Shown piece after piece: positions 47,913 to 58,968 of a DNA stretch of 64,000 bases. Made by a program: the position numbers and the translations under genes. The stretch lies in sequence record SRR31156797_2750. One strand, given 5' to 3'. A model generated the notes under the pieces. The model was given only the letters and a program-made list of their open reading frames with translations. It was not told the origin of the DNA and ran no database searches. The stretch's first letter is position 1. Each line of letters starts with the position of its first letter.

Positions 47913-47937
47913 GGGCCGCTTCATGCGGCCCTTTTTT
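47913..47937 (+). terminator. Terminator after fliM
   Basis: gggccgc ttcat gcggccc tttttt. Confidence 0.85.
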
Positions 47938-48019
47938 ATGATCAACGACTGAAATGCCTTGACTTTGCACTCTCCAATTGGTCAAATTTTTTCTTAATTT
48001 GAGAGAAGGAGTCTGTTTC

Positions 48020-48970
48020 ATGAAAAAGTTGTTTTTGACTATGGCAGCAATTTTGTTGCTTGCCACCACCGCTTTTGCCGGTAAATCCTATGTTGTTTCC
48101 GTGACCCAGATCGTCGAGCATCCAGCCTTGGACGCGATGCGTAAAGGTGTTGCCGATCGACTCAAAGAAAAGGGCATTGATGCTACATTCAATGTTCATA
48201 TCGCTCAGGGAAATTCTGCCACCAATCTGCAGATAATTGGTCAAATCATGGGCGAACAGCCCGATGTTGTTTTGGCTATTGCCACTCCCGGAGCGCAGGC
48301 TGCAGCACAGAAAATCCATGACCGCCCCATCGTTTTCACTGGTGTCACCGACCCGGTAGACGCAGGGCTTGTCAAAGATTTGCAAAATAGCGATGGCAAA
48401 AATGTGACTGGTATGTCTGATTTTAGTCCTATGGATAAACATGTTGCCTTGATTCAGGAAATTGTGCCCTCCACTAAAACGATTGGTGTGATTTATAATG
48501 CAGGCGAGCCGAATTCCGTTGCTCTTGTCGGTGCATTACGCAAAAATGTCGCCAAGGCCGGATTGAATCTCGAAGAAGCCACCATTGCCAATTCAAGCGG
48601 TGTGTATCAGGCCGCCAAGAGCCTGATAGGTCGTTGTGACGTTGTATATATCCCGACTGACAATACGGCTATCTCTGCCCTGGAATCAGCTATCAAGGTC
48701 TGTACACAAAGTCAGGTTCCCCTGATTGTTGGAGACGTTGATTCAGTTGCTCGTGGTGCTATCGCTGCTGTGGCTGTCGACTACTATAAAATGGGATTAC
48801 AAACCGGTGATATGATTGTTAGAATACTTGTGGATGGCGTGAAACCTGCCGATATGCCAATCGAGTTTCTCAATGATCTCAAATTGCATGTGAATAAAAA
48901 AGCCGCTGCAGCCATGGGCGTAACTTTGCCAGATTCAACGATAAGCCGTGCAGCCAAGGTTATTGAGTAA
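48020..48970 (+). CDS. ABC transporter substrate-binding protein (TrpX-like family)
   Basis: Signal peptide, QIVEHPALD, IATPGAQA, VTDPV, NVTGMSD, EPNS, YIPTDN. Confidence 0.88.
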   Translation: MKKLFLTMAAILLLATTAFAGKSYVVSVTQIVEHPALDAMRKGVADRLKEKGIDATFNVHIAQGNSATNLQIIGQIMGEQPDVVLAIATPGAQAAAQKIHDRPIVFTGVTDPVDAGLVKDLQNSDGKNVTGMSDFSPMDKHVALIQEIVPSTKTIGVIYNAGEPNSVALVGALRKNVAKAGLNLEEATIANSSGVYQAAKSLIGRCDVVYIPTDNTAISALESAIKVCTQSQVPLIVGDVDSVARGAIAAVAVDYYKMGLQTGDMIVRILVDGVKPADMPIEFLNDLKLHVNKKAAAAMGVTLPDSTISRAAKVIE

Positions 48971-49002
48971 CCCCGCATTTGCTTATTCTGTCTAATAAGT
49001 AT

Positions 49003-49032
49003 AAAAGGCGCGTTGCTTAAACGCGCCTTTTT
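49003..49032 (+). terminator. Intercistronic terminator-like hairpin
   Basis: aaaaggcgcgtt gctta aacgcgccttttt. Confidence 0.7.
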
Positions 49033-49089
49033 CGTTGTTTCGTCGAGGGAGTGTTTTGGCTTGATTGTCGACTCATTTAGGAAGCAAAT

Positions 49090-49989
49090 ATGACCAGTTA
49101 TGCTTTTTTCGGTGCTTTGGAGCAAGGATTCGCCTATGGCCTCATGGTCATTGGTGTTTATTTGACATTCCGAGTACTGGATTTCCCGGACCTCACCGTT
49201 GATGGTAGCCTCCCTCTTGGGGCAGCCGTCTCTGCTGTGGCCGTAACCTCAGGGTATTCACCGTTTCTTGCTATTATGATGGCAGCTGGAGCGGGATTTC
49301 TTGCAGGAATGGTGACCGGTATACTCAATACAAAATTTAAAATTCTGCATCTGCTCGCCTCTATTTTGACCATGATCGCTCTGTATTCAATTAATCTGCG
49401 AATTATGGGCCGACCAAACATGGCCTTACTCGGACAGAATACCGTTGTTGACTGGTTCATGGAGTTGACCGGACTCCTACCGTACTATTCTACCCCACTT
49501 CTTTTCTTTATTCTTTGTCTGGTAATTGTCATTATACTTATTTGGTTCCTGCATACAGAACAGGGACTTGCTTTTCTGGCAACTGGCAACAACATGCAAA
49601 TGATCACCAGTCAAGGGGTCAACACGGATACCGTGATTATCTTCGGCGTAGGCTTGTCCAACGCATTGGTGGCCACATCCGGCGCACTTGTTGCTCAGAA
49701 TCAAGGGGCGGCTGACGTCAACATGGGGGTGGGAACTATCATTGCCGGTTTGGCTTCAGTTATCCTTGGTGAAACGATTTTTGGTGATAAAACTATTGGA
49801 CGAGCGCTTATCGCAGCCCTTCTCGGGTCCGCTTTGTATCGTATAGCCATTGGTTTGGCTCTAGGTCTTAAACTCGGTTCTTTTTCCATCACCCCAAGTG
49901 ATTTGAACTTGATTACGGCCCTTCTCGTTGTAGTGGCTTTGGTGGCTCCCAGAATGAAACGAAAATTTCTCGCAGGGAGGTCCAAATGA
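49090..49989 (+). CDS. ABC transporter permease (TrpY-like)
   Basis: TFRVLDFPDLTVDGS, LYSINLRIMG, SNALVA, DVNMGVG. Confidence 0.9.
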   Translation: MTSYAFFGALEQGFAYGLMVIGVYLTFRVLDFPDLTVDGSLPLGAAVSAVAVTSGYSPFLAIMMAAGAGFLAGMVTGILNTKFKILHLLASILTMIALYSINLRIMGRPNMALLGQNTVVDWFMELTGLLPYYSTPLLFFILCLVIVIILIWFLHTEQGLAFLATGNNMQMITSQGVNTDTVIIFGVGLSNALVATSGALVAQNQGAADVNMGVGTIIAGLASVILGETIFGDKTIGRALIAALLGSALYRIAIGLALGLKLGSFSITPSDLNLITALLVVVALVAPRMKRKFLAGRSK

Positions 49990-50780
49990 TCTCCATAGCT
50001 GGTGTAAGCAAAGCCTTCAATAAAGGCGATGTCAATGAAGTAACTGCTCTTAATGGGGTAAACCTTGAAGTAAAAGATGGTGATTTTATTACGATCATTG
50101 GCTCCAATGGCGCAGGAAAATCCACTTTTCTCAATTCTTTGGCAGGTTCATTCTTTATTGATTCAGGAAAGATCATTCTAAATGACGTAGATATCACTAA
50201 GTGGCCTGAATACAAACGGGCCGGGCTCATAGGCCGGGTTTTTCAGGACCCTTTGCTTGGTACCTGTGCCGGAGCAACTATTGAACAGAATCTCGCCATG
50301 GCTAACAAGCGAGGGTTGTTTCGAGGGTTATCCAGAGGGGTTAAAAGTAAGGACCGTGATTTCTTCAAGGAAAAGTTGGCTGTGCTTGGCTTGGGGCTTG
50401 AAGATCGGCTTAAGACGCATACTGGTTTACTGTCCGGTGGGCAACGACAGGCCTTGACCATGTTGATGGCGACATTAGTCCGCCCTCGCCTGCTGTTGTT
50501 GGATGAGCACACAGCGGCTCTTGATCCCAAGACAGGAAGTATGGTTCTGGGGCTTACCGAAGAAATTGTCAGTGCACAGGAACTGACAACATTGATGGTG
50601 ACGCACAACATGAATCAGGCAATTGCCATGGGCAACCGACTTATCATGTTTCATCGTGGTAAAATCGTTCTGGATATTAGTGGGGAAGAAAAAACAAATC
50701 TCAAGGTCGAAGACCTGCTTCAACGTTTCTCGAAGTTGCGCGGTGAAGAAGGTGTCTCCGACCGGATGCTGCTGAGCTAG
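49986..50780 (+). CDS. ABC transporter ATP-binding protein (TrpZ-like)
   Basis: GSNGAGKST, VFQDP, LSGGQRQ, LLDEHTAALDP. Confidence 0.92.
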   Translation: MISIAGVSKAFNKGDVNEVTALNGVNLEVKDGDFITIIGSNGAGKSTFLNSLAGSFFIDSGKIILNDVDITKWPEYKRAGLIGRVFQDPLLGTCAGATIEQNLAMANKRGLFRGLSRGVKSKDRDFFKEKLAVLGLGLEDRLKTHTGLLSGGQRQALTMLMATLVRPRLLLLDEHTAALDPKTGSMVLGLTEEIVSAQELTTLMVTHNMNQAIAMGNRLIMFHRGKIVLDISGEEKTNLKVEDLLQRFSKLRGEEGVSDRMLLS

Positions 50781-50866
50781 GGGTGTTCAGTACTGTCCTT
50801 TGGCAAGAACTGGCATTTTTATGCCAACGCGTATAAAAAACAATAACTGACAAGACGGAGGCTATT

Positions 50867-51289
50867 ATGGCTATCGAACAAACTTTTTCTATCATCAAAC
50901 CCGATGCAGTGGGTCGTGGTCTTATCGCTGAAATTCTGAAAATGATCACCGATTCCGGTCTGAAGATCAAAGGCATGAAAATGATGCACATGGATCGTGC
51001 CAAAGCCGAAGGTTTTTATGCCGTACACAAGGAACGTCCCTTCTTTGGTGAATTGGTCGATTACATGATTTCCGGTCCCGTAGTTGTTTCCTGTTTGGAA
51101 GGTGAAAACGCTATCGAAGCATACCGTAACCTGATGGGCGCCACCAACCCGGCCGACGCTGCAGAAGGCACCATTCGTGCTGCTTACGGCGAAAATATCC
51201 AGAACAACTCCTGCCACGGTTCCGACGGTCCTGACACCGCCAAGACCGAGGTGGCATACTTCTTTAACAACGACGAGCTGGTGGGATAA
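50867..51289 (+). CDS. ndk: Nucleoside diphosphate kinase
   Basis: [30 protein letters not shown]. Confidence 0.96.
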   Translation: MAIEQTFSIIKPDAVGRGLIAEILKMITDSGLKIKGMKMMHMDRAKAEGFYAVHKERPFFGELVDYMISGPVVVSCLEGENAIEAYRNLMGATNPADAAEGTIRAAYGENIQNNSCHGSDGPDTAKTEVAYFFNNDELVG

Positions 51290-52092
51290 TGACTCATACT
51301 ATCGGGTTCATAGGCGTTGGCAATATGGGGACAGCCATTCTCAAAGGGCTGACCTCGCGTGATGATATCAAACTGCATGGATTCGACCTGCACGCGGATA
51401 ATTTGGTCCGGGCTGGTAAGGAATATGGTCTGATTGCGGAAAAAAGCGCTCAGGATCTCGCCAAGGCATGCGACTACATCATTGTGGCCGTCAAGCCACA
51501 ACACGCCGAACCCGTGATTAAGGAAATTGCGGCATCATTGGATATGTCCAAATGTCTGATTTCCATTTGTGCCGGTCTTTCACTTGGAAAGTTCGAAGAA
51601 TGGACTGAAAACAGATGTGCCGTGGTACGGGTCATGCCCAACACCCCCGCGCTGGTCAATGAAGGAGTGTCTGCCATTTGTCTGGACAATACCAATCTCA
51701 CTGATGAGATGAAAGTATTTGTCCCAGCCATGTTTAAAGGAATCGGTCAGGCGCACATTTTGCCGGAAAAACAATTTGATGCCTTTACCGGTGTTATTGG
51801 TTCCGGTCCGGCCTATGTCTTCTATTTTATGGAAGCAATGATTGAATCCGGTGTTGCTCTCGGCCTGACTCGGCCACAAGCAACGCAAATGGTTGAGGGG
51901 CTTTTCCTTGGCTCATCAAAATTGGCAGCGGAAAGTGATCTTTCTGTCACCCAATTGCGTGAAATGGTAACATCCCCTGCCGGTACGACGATCCGTGCTC
52001 TTATGCACTTTGATCGACAGGCAGTTAAGGGCGACATCATTGACGGTGTTTTTGAATCATACTTTCGAAGTATCGAACTCGGTAAAAACTAG
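51289..52092 (+). CDS. proC: Pyrroline-5-carboxylate reductase
   Basis: GFIGVGNMG, AVKPQ, RVMPNTP, GSGPAY, VTSPAGTT. Confidence 0.95.
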   Translation: MTHTIGFIGVGNMGTAILKGLTSRDDIKLHGFDLHADNLVRAGKEYGLIAEKSAQDLAKACDYIIVAVKPQHAEPVIKEIAASLDMSKCLISICAGLSLGKFEEWTENRCAVVRVMPNTPALVNEGVSAICLDNTNLTDEMKVFVPAMFKGIGQAHILPEKQFDAFTGVIGSGPAYVFYFMEAMIESGVALGLTRPQATQMVEGLFLGSSKLAAESDLSVTQLREMVTSPAGTTIRALMHFDRQAVKGDIIDGVFESYFRSIELGKN

Positions 52093-52124
52093 AAAAAAGG
52101 GGCTTCATTTGAAGCCCCTTTTTT
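52093..52124. terminator. Bidirectional terminator between proC and cbiB
   Basis: aaaaaaggggcttca tt tgaagcccctttttt. Confidence 0.85.
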
Positions 52125-52141
52125 CTTTTAAATCTATAGAG

Positions 52142-53092
52142 TTAAAAGGCTAATGACAACAGGCCCAATATTGGAATAAACACCCAAGCCGCTATGATTC
52201 CTGTCTTATCGCACAAGTCGATTAACGAACGAATCATGGATTTGTCCCACAGCTTACCATAAGGACCGAGTACAGGTTTTTCCTTAACCATACCAAAATA
52301 CACGGTTGGTCCACCCATTTGCCCTTTAATGAGCCACGCAGCGGCGGCCATGGGCCATCCTGCATTAGGGCTTTCCATTTTCTTGGCATCTATTTTGAAA
52401 TACGTTTTTGTTTCTTTTACATTCAGACCACGTAATTTGCCTGCAAAAATCATTAAAAAGGCTGTGATGCGTGCAGGTAACCAGGCGAGGATATCGTCAG
52501 TTATAGCAGCACCACGTCCAAGATCATTAAATCTTTCGGTTCGATATCCCCACATGGAATCCATGGTACTGACTGTCTTGTAAGCCCATAATCCACCGGG
52601 CCCAAACAGGCAGAGATAAAATAGTGGAGCGACAAAGCCATCGTTTAAATTTTCGCTGACTGTTTCTGCGAGAGTACGACGAATACCGTTGGCGTCAAGT
52701 TCACTCGTATCCCGGCTGACCAACATGGCTATGGCTTTGCGTGCTCCGATAATGTCACCGGATTCCAATATATGAAGAACTTTACGAGATTCTTTGATCA
52801 AGCAACCGAGAGCTAATCCTGCATATGAAAAGTACAAACTGATAAGAATGCCGAGATATGGGATAGCCGTGATCAAAGCAACAATCCCCCAAGAGACTGA
52901 AGCAAAGAACAACACGGCTATCCAACCTGCAAGGCCAAGGTTAACTTTGACCTTGCGGGCTGTATTCTCATAAATATCAAGCCCTTTTCCAATAAAACGT
53001 ACGGGGTGTGGCAAACTCTTTGGATCACCAAGTATGCTGTCTAGCATGACAGCCAAGGTGGGGATGATGAGAGCGGATGGGAATGTAGGCAT
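52142..53092 (-). CDS. cbiB: Adenosylcobinamide-phosphate synthase (start uncertain)
   Basis: GDP..LPHPV, LVSRDT, ETVSENLNDG, YKTVSTMDSMWGY, SPNAGWP. ATG 53092 lies just after the rpoD terminator with no clear SD. Confidence 0.9.
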   Translation of the reverse strand: MPTFPSALIIPTLAVMLDSILGDPKSLPHPVRFIGKGLDIYENTARKVKVNLGLAGWIAVLFFASVSWGIVALITAIPYLGILISLYFSYAGLALGCLIKESRKVLHILESGDIIGARKAIAMLVSRDTSELDANGIRRTLAETVSENLNDGFVAPLFYLCLFGPGGLWAYKTVSTMDSMWGYRTERFNDLGRGAAITDDILAWLPARITAFLMIFAGKLRGLNVKETKTYFKIDAKKMESPNAGWPMAAAAWLIKGQMGGPTVYFGMVKEKPVLGPYGKLWDKSMIRSLIDLCDKTGIIAAWVFIPILGLLSLAF

Positions 53093-53098
53093 GGTAAT

Positions 53099-53134
53099 AA
53101 AAAAGGCCGGGAAGAGACTCACTCTCCCCGGCCT
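53099..53134 (-). terminator. Terminator after rpoD
   Basis: Minus strand aggccggggagag...tcttcccggcctttttt. Confidence 0.8.
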
Positions 53135-53141
53135 GTGTCGT

Positions 53142-54887
53142 TTAGTTTTCGAAGTAAGATCGCAGCAAAGCGCTTCTAACGGGATGGCGTAACTTGCGTA
53201 AAGCCTTGGCCTCGATCTGACGGATACGTTCACGGGTAACGTTGAAGAGCTTGCCTACTTCCTCAAGGGTGTGATCAGACTTTTCGCCGATACCGAAACG
53301 TTTTCTGAGCACCTGTTCCTCTCTCGGAGTCAGGTCGGACAAAACAGAGGCAATTTGTTCACCAAGTTTGGTGGATACCACCTCTTCGGCAGGCGCGGTG
53401 GCCTTCTTGTCTTCAATGAAATCACCCAAGCTCGAATCTTCCTCGTCTCCAATGGGAGTTTCAAGGGAAATGGGTTCCTTGGCAATTTTGAGAACCTTTT
53501 TGACTTTTTCAAGCGGATAATCCATGCGCTCGGCGATTTCTTCCGGGGAAGGATCGCGACCCAATTCCTGTACAAGGTAACGAGAGGTGCGAATAAGTTT
53601 GTTGATGGTCTCAATCATATGCACCGGGATGCGGATGGTTCTGGCTTGATCCGCGATAGCACGGGTGATGGCCTGACGAATCCACCATGTTGCATATGTG
53701 GAGAATTTATAACCGCGCTGGTATTCGAACTTGTCCACAGCCTTCATCAAACCGATGTTGCCTTCCTGAATAAGATCCAGGAATTGCAAACCGCGGTTAG
53801 TGTATTTTTTAGCAATGGAAACGACCAGACGCAGGTTGGCGCGAATAAGTTCCTGCTTAGCTTGCAAAGCGGTACGGTTGCCACTCTTGATACGCCACAG
53901 AACTTCTTCCAAGTCATGTACGGAATGACAGCATTTATCCTGAAGACGCTTCATGATCTCCAGTTTACCAGCCAGCATTTCCTTGAAAGAGAAGAACTCT
54001 TCAACAGTCATGCCCAATCGGTCTGCGGCGACCACGGGATTAACTTCGCGATCATCGACTTGCTTGAACAATTCTTCAATCTCGCTCTTGGTCATGCCGA
54101 CAGAAAGAATATAAGCAGAAAAGTCACGCTGGCAGTTGTGCATTTGGCGGACATAATCGTTGACCGTTTCAATAATGCGATCAATAAGCGTCTTTTCCAA
54201 CTTAATATCGCGCAGTCGAGTGACGACCTCTTCCTTATAACTAAGGATATCTTTCTGAACGCCGTACACGCGCTTGTCCAAGCAGGCGCAGTAGTCGAGC
54301 TTTTCGTAAATCTTGTGTTTTTTGTTGTAGAGTTCTTTGACCTCTGCGAGCAGGAAAATAACTCTTTGACGCTGGTTCATTTCATCTTCGGAAGGATCGT
54401 CTTCCTCAATGGTTTTAACCACGTCTTTCAGTTTGATGCGTCCATCTTCAAGGTCTTCACCCACTGCGATGAGTTCTTCAACGGCAACAGGGACCTCAAT
54501 CAAGGAATAGAGAACGTCCAACTCGCCGTTTTCAATCTTCTTGGCGATTACGACTTCACCTTCACGGTCCAAAAGGCCTACAGCGCCCATTTCACGCAAA
54601 TACATGCGTACAGGGTCAGTGCTGCGAGAGGCGTATTCTGCAGAATCTTCCTCTTTTTCGTTTAAGGCCAGTTCCTTGTCAGGATTCATTTTCTTGTGAG
54701 TCTCTTCCGAGTCCACAATAGCAATGTCCATCTGTTCAAAGATGGCATGAATTTCTTCCAACTGTTCCGTGGAGTTGTAATCAGCAGGCAGTGCCTTGCT
54801 TAACTCCTCGTATGTCAGGAATCCTTTTTTCTTACCTGCAGCGATCAAAGATTTGATCTGTTGGATTTCCTTAATGTTGCTCATCAT
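53142..54887 (-). CDS. rpoD: RNA polymerase primary sigma factor
   Basis: [64 protein letters not shown]. Confidence 0.98.
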   Translation of the reverse strand: MMSNIKEIQQIKSLIAAGKKKGFLTYEELSKALPADYNSTEQLEEIHAIFEQMDIAIVDSEETHKKMNPDKELALNEKEEDSAEYASRSTDPVRMYLREMGAVGLLDREGEVVIAKKIENGELDVLYSLIEVPVAVEELIAVGEDLEDGRIKLKDVVKTIEEDDPSEDEMNQRQRVIFLLAEVKELYNKKHKIYEKLDYCACLDKRVYGVQKDILSYKEEVVTRLRDIKLEKTLIDRIIETVNDYVRQMHNCQRDFSAYILSVGMTKSEIEELFKQVDDREVNPVVAADRLGMTVEEFFSFKEMLAGKLEIMKRLQDKCCHSVHDLEEVLWRIKSGNRTALQAKQELIRANLRLVVSIAKKYTNRGLQFLDLIQEGNIGLMKAVDKFEYQRGYKFSTYATWWIRQAITRAIADQARTIRIPVHMIETINKLIRTSRYLVQELGRDPSPEEIAERMDYPLEKVKKVLKIAKEPISLETPIGDEEDSSLGDFIEDKKATAPAEEVVSTKLGEQIASVLSDLTPREEQVLRKRFGIGEKSDHTLEEVGKLFNVTRERIRQIEAKALRKLRHPVRSALLRSYFEN

Positions 54888-56625
54888 CCCTCCTGCGAGA
54901 TTCTTTCAAGGCCAAGAGTTCCATTGCCCGATGGGTATCGCCGTTTTGCTGTGCCTGGCGTATGGCCTCTGTGAGCTGCCGTTTGTTCATTTTGTCTTGT
55001 CCAAACGTGATTTTATTACAAATATGATTCCATTCGTCCAGTAAATCCCGGCCGGAAAGAATGTTGCTCCGCATTTCTTCGCGACACCTGTAGTAGAAGC
55101 CTTTTTCTTGTTCGTTCAGCAGGCTCGTTATATGGCCTGGCTGCGTATTTACAAGCTTCTCCCAAAGTGCTTTCGCCCAATCGGTGCGAAGAATGCGGTC
55201 AAATCCTCTTTCTGCCAGATGGGACACATAGTCTGGATACTGAATTGGAAACCGCAAAAAATACCGATCATCCGTATCATCCTTGCCGACAGCCATTGCC
55301 GCCTGTTGTCGCTGCTTGCTTGGTTGACGTCGTTGAGGCTGCTGTTGCGTATTGCGCGACGGTGACATTGCACCGGCATCGCGTCTGAAGTCAGCCTCCG
55401 ACAAACCAAGTCCGCCAGCTAAACGAGGCAGATAGTATGCCCTCAATGATGCATCGGACAAATCCGACAAAAAACTTTTAGCCCACGCCATGATTTCCCT
55501 GGGGGCGAATTGATCCCTCAAGGTTGTCATGCAAAAATCAAGTCCGTCCGGGGCAGCAGACATGCATGCCTCGAAACCTTCGGCTCCTTTTGCCTGAAGA
55601 AGACTGTCCACATCTTCCCCATCAGGCATGAGAACAACTTTACAGGCCACACCTTGCAGAAGAATCATCCTGCTTGATTTGAGTGCGGCCTTACGTCCTG
55701 CTCCATCACCGTCAAAGACAAGGTCAACGCGAGAGCAAAATCCAGTCAATCGCTTCACTTGGTCCAGGGTCAGGGCTGTTCCCAACACACCACAGGAGTC
55801 TGTGTAGCCAAATTGATGGAGCGATATTACATCCATGTACCCTTCGGTCAAAATAGCCCGTTTGGAACGGGTCATAGTAGACCGAGCCAAGTTCAACCCA
55901 TACAAGTGATCGCCCTTCTTGTAGATAGGAGTATCCGAACTGTTCAGATACTTGGGTTCTCCATCTGTAATAATTCTACCGCCAAAGGCAATAACCCGAC
56001 CCGATAAATTTTGAATGGGAAAAATCAATCTTCCACGAAACCTATCGTAAATATTGCCTTTATCATTTTTTGACAAAAGTCCGGCTTCAACACCTTCATC
56101 AGGTGATCTTCCTTTTGTCTTAAGAAAATTGTCTAAACCGTGCCAATCATCTGGACTGTAGCCAAGATCGAATTTTTCGATCATTTCTTGAGTCATACCC
56201 CGATTGGTCAGGTATTTCATGGCATGGTTTCCGGCCCCCATGCGTAGATTTCGTTGAAACCAGTCACTGGACTCGTGGTGCATATCAATGAGTTTCTGTT
56301 TACGCGCTTTACGCTCCGCAGCATGCGGGTCGCGTGGCACGTTGGAAAGCTCGACACCAGCTTCAGCGGCCAATTGTTCCAAAGATTCCCGGAACTCAAG
56401 ACCGTTAATACGTCCATAAAAATCAATAACGTCACCCGAGGCCTGACATCCAAAACAATAGAAGAATCCCTCCTCGTCATTGACTGACATGGAAGGTTTA
56501 GTCTCTTGATGAAAAGGACAAGCCCCCATCCACCGGCCAGATACCGGTTTCAGGTCTACGTAACGGCGCACTATGTCCGAAATGTTGATACGGGCCTTAA
56601 CGGCCTCAACACCGCTTCTGTCCAC
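54871..56625 (-). CDS. dnaG: DNA primase
   Basis: CPFH..CFGC zinc finger, DRFRGR, KYLNS, EGYMD, FDGDGAG. GTG start. Confidence 0.97.
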   Translation of the reverse strand: MDRSGVEAVKARINISDIVRRYVDLKPVSGRWMGACPFHQETKPSMSVNDEEGFFYCFGCQASGDVIDFYGRINGLEFRESLEQLAAEAGVELSNVPRDPHAAERKARKQKLIDMHHESSDWFQRNLRMGAGNHAMKYLTNRGMTQEMIEKFDLGYSPDDWHGLDNFLKTKGRSPDEGVEAGLLSKNDKGNIYDRFRGRLIFPIQNLSGRVIAFGGRIITDGEPKYLNSSDTPIYKKGDHLYGLNLARSTMTRSKRAILTEGYMDVISLHQFGYTDSCGVLGTALTLDQVKRLTGFCSRVDLVFDGDGAGRKAALKSSRMILLQGVACKVVLMPDGEDVDSLLQAKGAEGFEACMSAAPDGLDFCMTTLRDQFAPREIMAWAKSFLSDLSDASLRAYYLPRLAGGLGLSEADFRRDAGAMSPSRNTQQQPQRRQPSKQRQQAAMAVGKDDTDDRYFLRFPIQYPDYVSHLAERGFDRILRTDWAKALWEKLVNTQPGHITSLLNEQEKGFYYRCREEMRSNILSGRDLLDEWNHICNKITFGQDKMNKRQLTEAIRQAQQNGDTHRAMELLALKESRRRDDEQH

Positions 56626-56647
56626 CAGATGCCTCCAAACTCAAGAA

Positions 56648-58945
56648 TTACTTGAGTTTCACTTCGGTCATACCGTCCCCGCCCCGATCTTCGGGTGCCA
56701 AGGAAAATTTTTCTACCGCAGGATAATATTTTAAAAATTCATGAACTTCGCGACGTAACGCCCCTGTTCCACGGCCATGCACTATCTCAAGTTTTCCAGC
56801 ACCTTTAAGCAGGGCTCCGTCAATAGCTCGCTCCAATTCGCTGATGGCCACGTCTGATCGATTGCCTCGAAGATCAACTTCAACAACAAGATCGCTTGGT
56901 GCCGGGGCAGTCTTTTGGAACCCTTTTGAGGCAGCCTTCTGTGTCTTGCCCACAGGCCCAAGGTGTTCCGCCTTGACCCACATTGCAACGCCGTTAATAT
57001 CGACCTTAGCCTGTTTTTTCTTTGCGTTAATTTCAAGCACGGTGCCAGACTTGTTCCAAGCCAGATACGATACTTTTTTGCCCGGGACAATATCTGCGAA
57101 GGTAAAGGCAGGCTCTTTTTTTTGCTCTGTGCCTATTTCTTCAACCTGCATGCGGACTTGCGCGAGTTTTTTTCGTGTCTCTTTTCGACCTATTTTTTCA
57201 GCTTGCCACTGCTTGACAACATTTTGGGCACTATTTTGAATGTCGTTGAGTAGCTTGGTGCGTTTCTTTTCAAAATTCGCTTCCAGTTTGACACGTTTTT
57301 GCTCAATTTTGCCCCGTTCTCTTTCAATGGCATCCAGTTCATCTTCCTTTTTGACTGCCATGGCATTAAGACGATCCAGCACTGATGTGGTGTCAGAACC
57401 GTCCAAAAGAAGGTATTGCTGTGCACGTGACAAAATTTCAGAGGGCAAGCCGTGTTCCTTGGCTACATCCAAAGCGATAGAAGCCCCGACCTGATCATAG
57501 GCCAATTTGAACAAAGGTTTTTTTGTGCCCGGATCAAACAGTACGCTTGCAGCACGAACAGATTCATTGGCCATAGCGTAGGCTTTTAAGGCCGGAAAAT
57601 GAGTGGCTGTAAAGGTCGTAGTTTGCCGTTCGACCAAAGAATCAATGACAGCCTGAGCCAAAGCCGCTCCCTGAGTTGGGTCGGTTCCAGCGCCAAATTC
57701 ATCAAGAATGAAAAGAGATTGGCTTCCCACCTGATCCCATACACGTTTCAAATATTGAATCTGTGCGGTAAAAGTGGACACATTCTCTTCAAGGCTCTGC
57801 TCATCTCCCATAATAACAAAAACTTCAGACCAAAAAGGCAACCGACTGCCTTCTGCAGCAGGAACCGGCAACCCGGCAAAGGCCATTAATCCTATAAGGC
57901 CAACGGTCTTCAAACAAACGGTTTTACCACCTGCATTACCGCCGCTGACGATCATTGCCTTTTGCCCTTCCAGCAATTCGATGCTGAGAGGTTGCACGGA
58001 ATCATCAGTCAAAGCCAAAAGCGGATGTCGAGCCTTGATAAGATTTGGGGTACCGCTCTCCACGACTTGTATCGTGCGTCCATTGTATGATTGGGCAAGC
58101 TCAACCTTGGCCATGAGAACATCGAGAGAAACAAGCCCCTGATAAGACTCATAGACTTCTTGAAATTCACTACGAATAAGTTCGGTAAGATACAGGAGAA
58201 CCTTGTATTCCTCTTCCCGTTCTTCCCGCTTCAATTCCTGGAGCCTGTTATTGGTCTCCACAAGAAACATTGGTTCAAAGTAGCAAGTTTCACCGGTCTG
58301 AGAATAATCGTGAATGATGCCTTTGGTTTTGTTCTTGTAGTTCGCTTTGATGGGCAGGACATATCGATCCGAGGAGACCGTCATGAATTCGTCCTGCATG
58401 GCCGAACTCATGTTCTCCTGAATGATAAAATCTTTAACTCGTTTGGTGCACCGTTGGTGGATAGAACGTATTTCCTGCCGAACTGCCAACAGATCAGGCG
58501 AACTTTCATCCTTGATCTGCCCTTCCACATCAAGGCAACGCCCTATACCGGAAACGGTTTTTTGGGGCCACGAATACGCGAACAGAGTTTCGGTGAGCGT
58601 ATCCCACTCCCTTTCCTTAAACCGCTCAAGAGATTCTCGAGCGGTCTTAGCCATTTCCAATATTACCTTAAGTGCAAAAAGCGCGTCTTGATCGAGAACG
58701 GCTTTGTCACTTTCAAGGTGCGGGAATATGGCGTCCATTTCAGGGAATGGGCGAAGTTTAAAACCGGATTCTCCAACCCAGGCTGCAGCCTGTTCAAAGA
58801 GTATTCCGGCTGTGCAAACTTCTTCAAAAGTTGCAAGTGGGCGGATTTCCAAACACGACGAAGCGCCGGGCTCGGAAACAGCAAAGCCGGACAGCGCCCC
58901 GAGAATTTTGGGGAACTCCAATACGTGGAATGTTCTGGATTCCAT
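56648..58945 (-). CDS. mutS2: MutS2 (Smr-domain ATPase)
   Basis: HDYSQTGET, SGGNAGGKT, STFTA, LDEFGAGTDP, coiled coil, Smr domain (DLRG..IVHGRGTGALR..GGDG). Confidence 0.93.
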   Translation of the reverse strand: MESRTFHVLEFPKILGALSGFAVSEPGASSCLEIRPLATFEEVCTAGILFEQAAAWVGESGFKLRPFPEMDAIFPHLESDKAVLDQDALFALKVILEMAKTARESLERFKEREWDTLTETLFAYSWPQKTVSGIGRCLDVEGQIKDESSPDLLAVRQEIRSIHQRCTKRVKDFIIQENMSSAMQDEFMTVSSDRYVLPIKANYKNKTKGIIHDYSQTGETCYFEPMFLVETNNRLQELKREEREEEYKVLLYLTELIRSEFQEVYESYQGLVSLDVLMAKVELAQSYNGRTIQVVESGTPNLIKARHPLLALTDDSVQPLSIELLEGQKAMIVSGGNAGGKTVCLKTVGLIGLMAFAGLPVPAAEGSRLPFWSEVFVIMGDEQSLEENVSTFTAQIQYLKRVWDQVGSQSLFILDEFGAGTDPTQGAALAQAVIDSLVERQTTTFTATHFPALKAYAMANESVRAASVLFDPGTKKPLFKLAYDQVGASIALDVAKEHGLPSEILSRAQQYLLLDGSDTTSVLDRLNAMAVKKEDELDAIERERGKIEQKRVKLEANFEKKRTKLLNDIQNSAQNVVKQWQAEKIGRKETRKKLAQVRMQVEEIGTEQKKEPAFTFADIVPGKKVSYLAWNKSGTVLEINAKKKQAKVDINGVAMWVKAEHLGPVGKTQKAASKGFQKTAPAPSDLVVEVDLRGNRSDVAISELERAIDGALLKGAGKLEIVHGRGTGALRREVHEFLKYYPAVEKFSLAPEDRGGDGMTEVKLK

Positions 58946-58968
58946 CTATGAGCCGTTTGGTTGGAAAG

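Noticed and set aside
47938-48019. Leader peptide for the TrpXYZ-like ABC transporter
   Set aside because: Only 2-4 codon uORFs without aromatic codons, and no terminator before the gene.
50801-50826. TGGCA motifs upstream of ndk as a sigma54 promoter
   Set aside because: GG-to-GC spacing is 9, not 10. The tggcat-N4-atgcca dyad alone is too short to call.
53271-54665. 464-aa ORF on the + strand
   Set aside because: Antisense shadow of rpoD in the mirrored frame; no recognisable motifs; expected from codon bias in a conserved gene.
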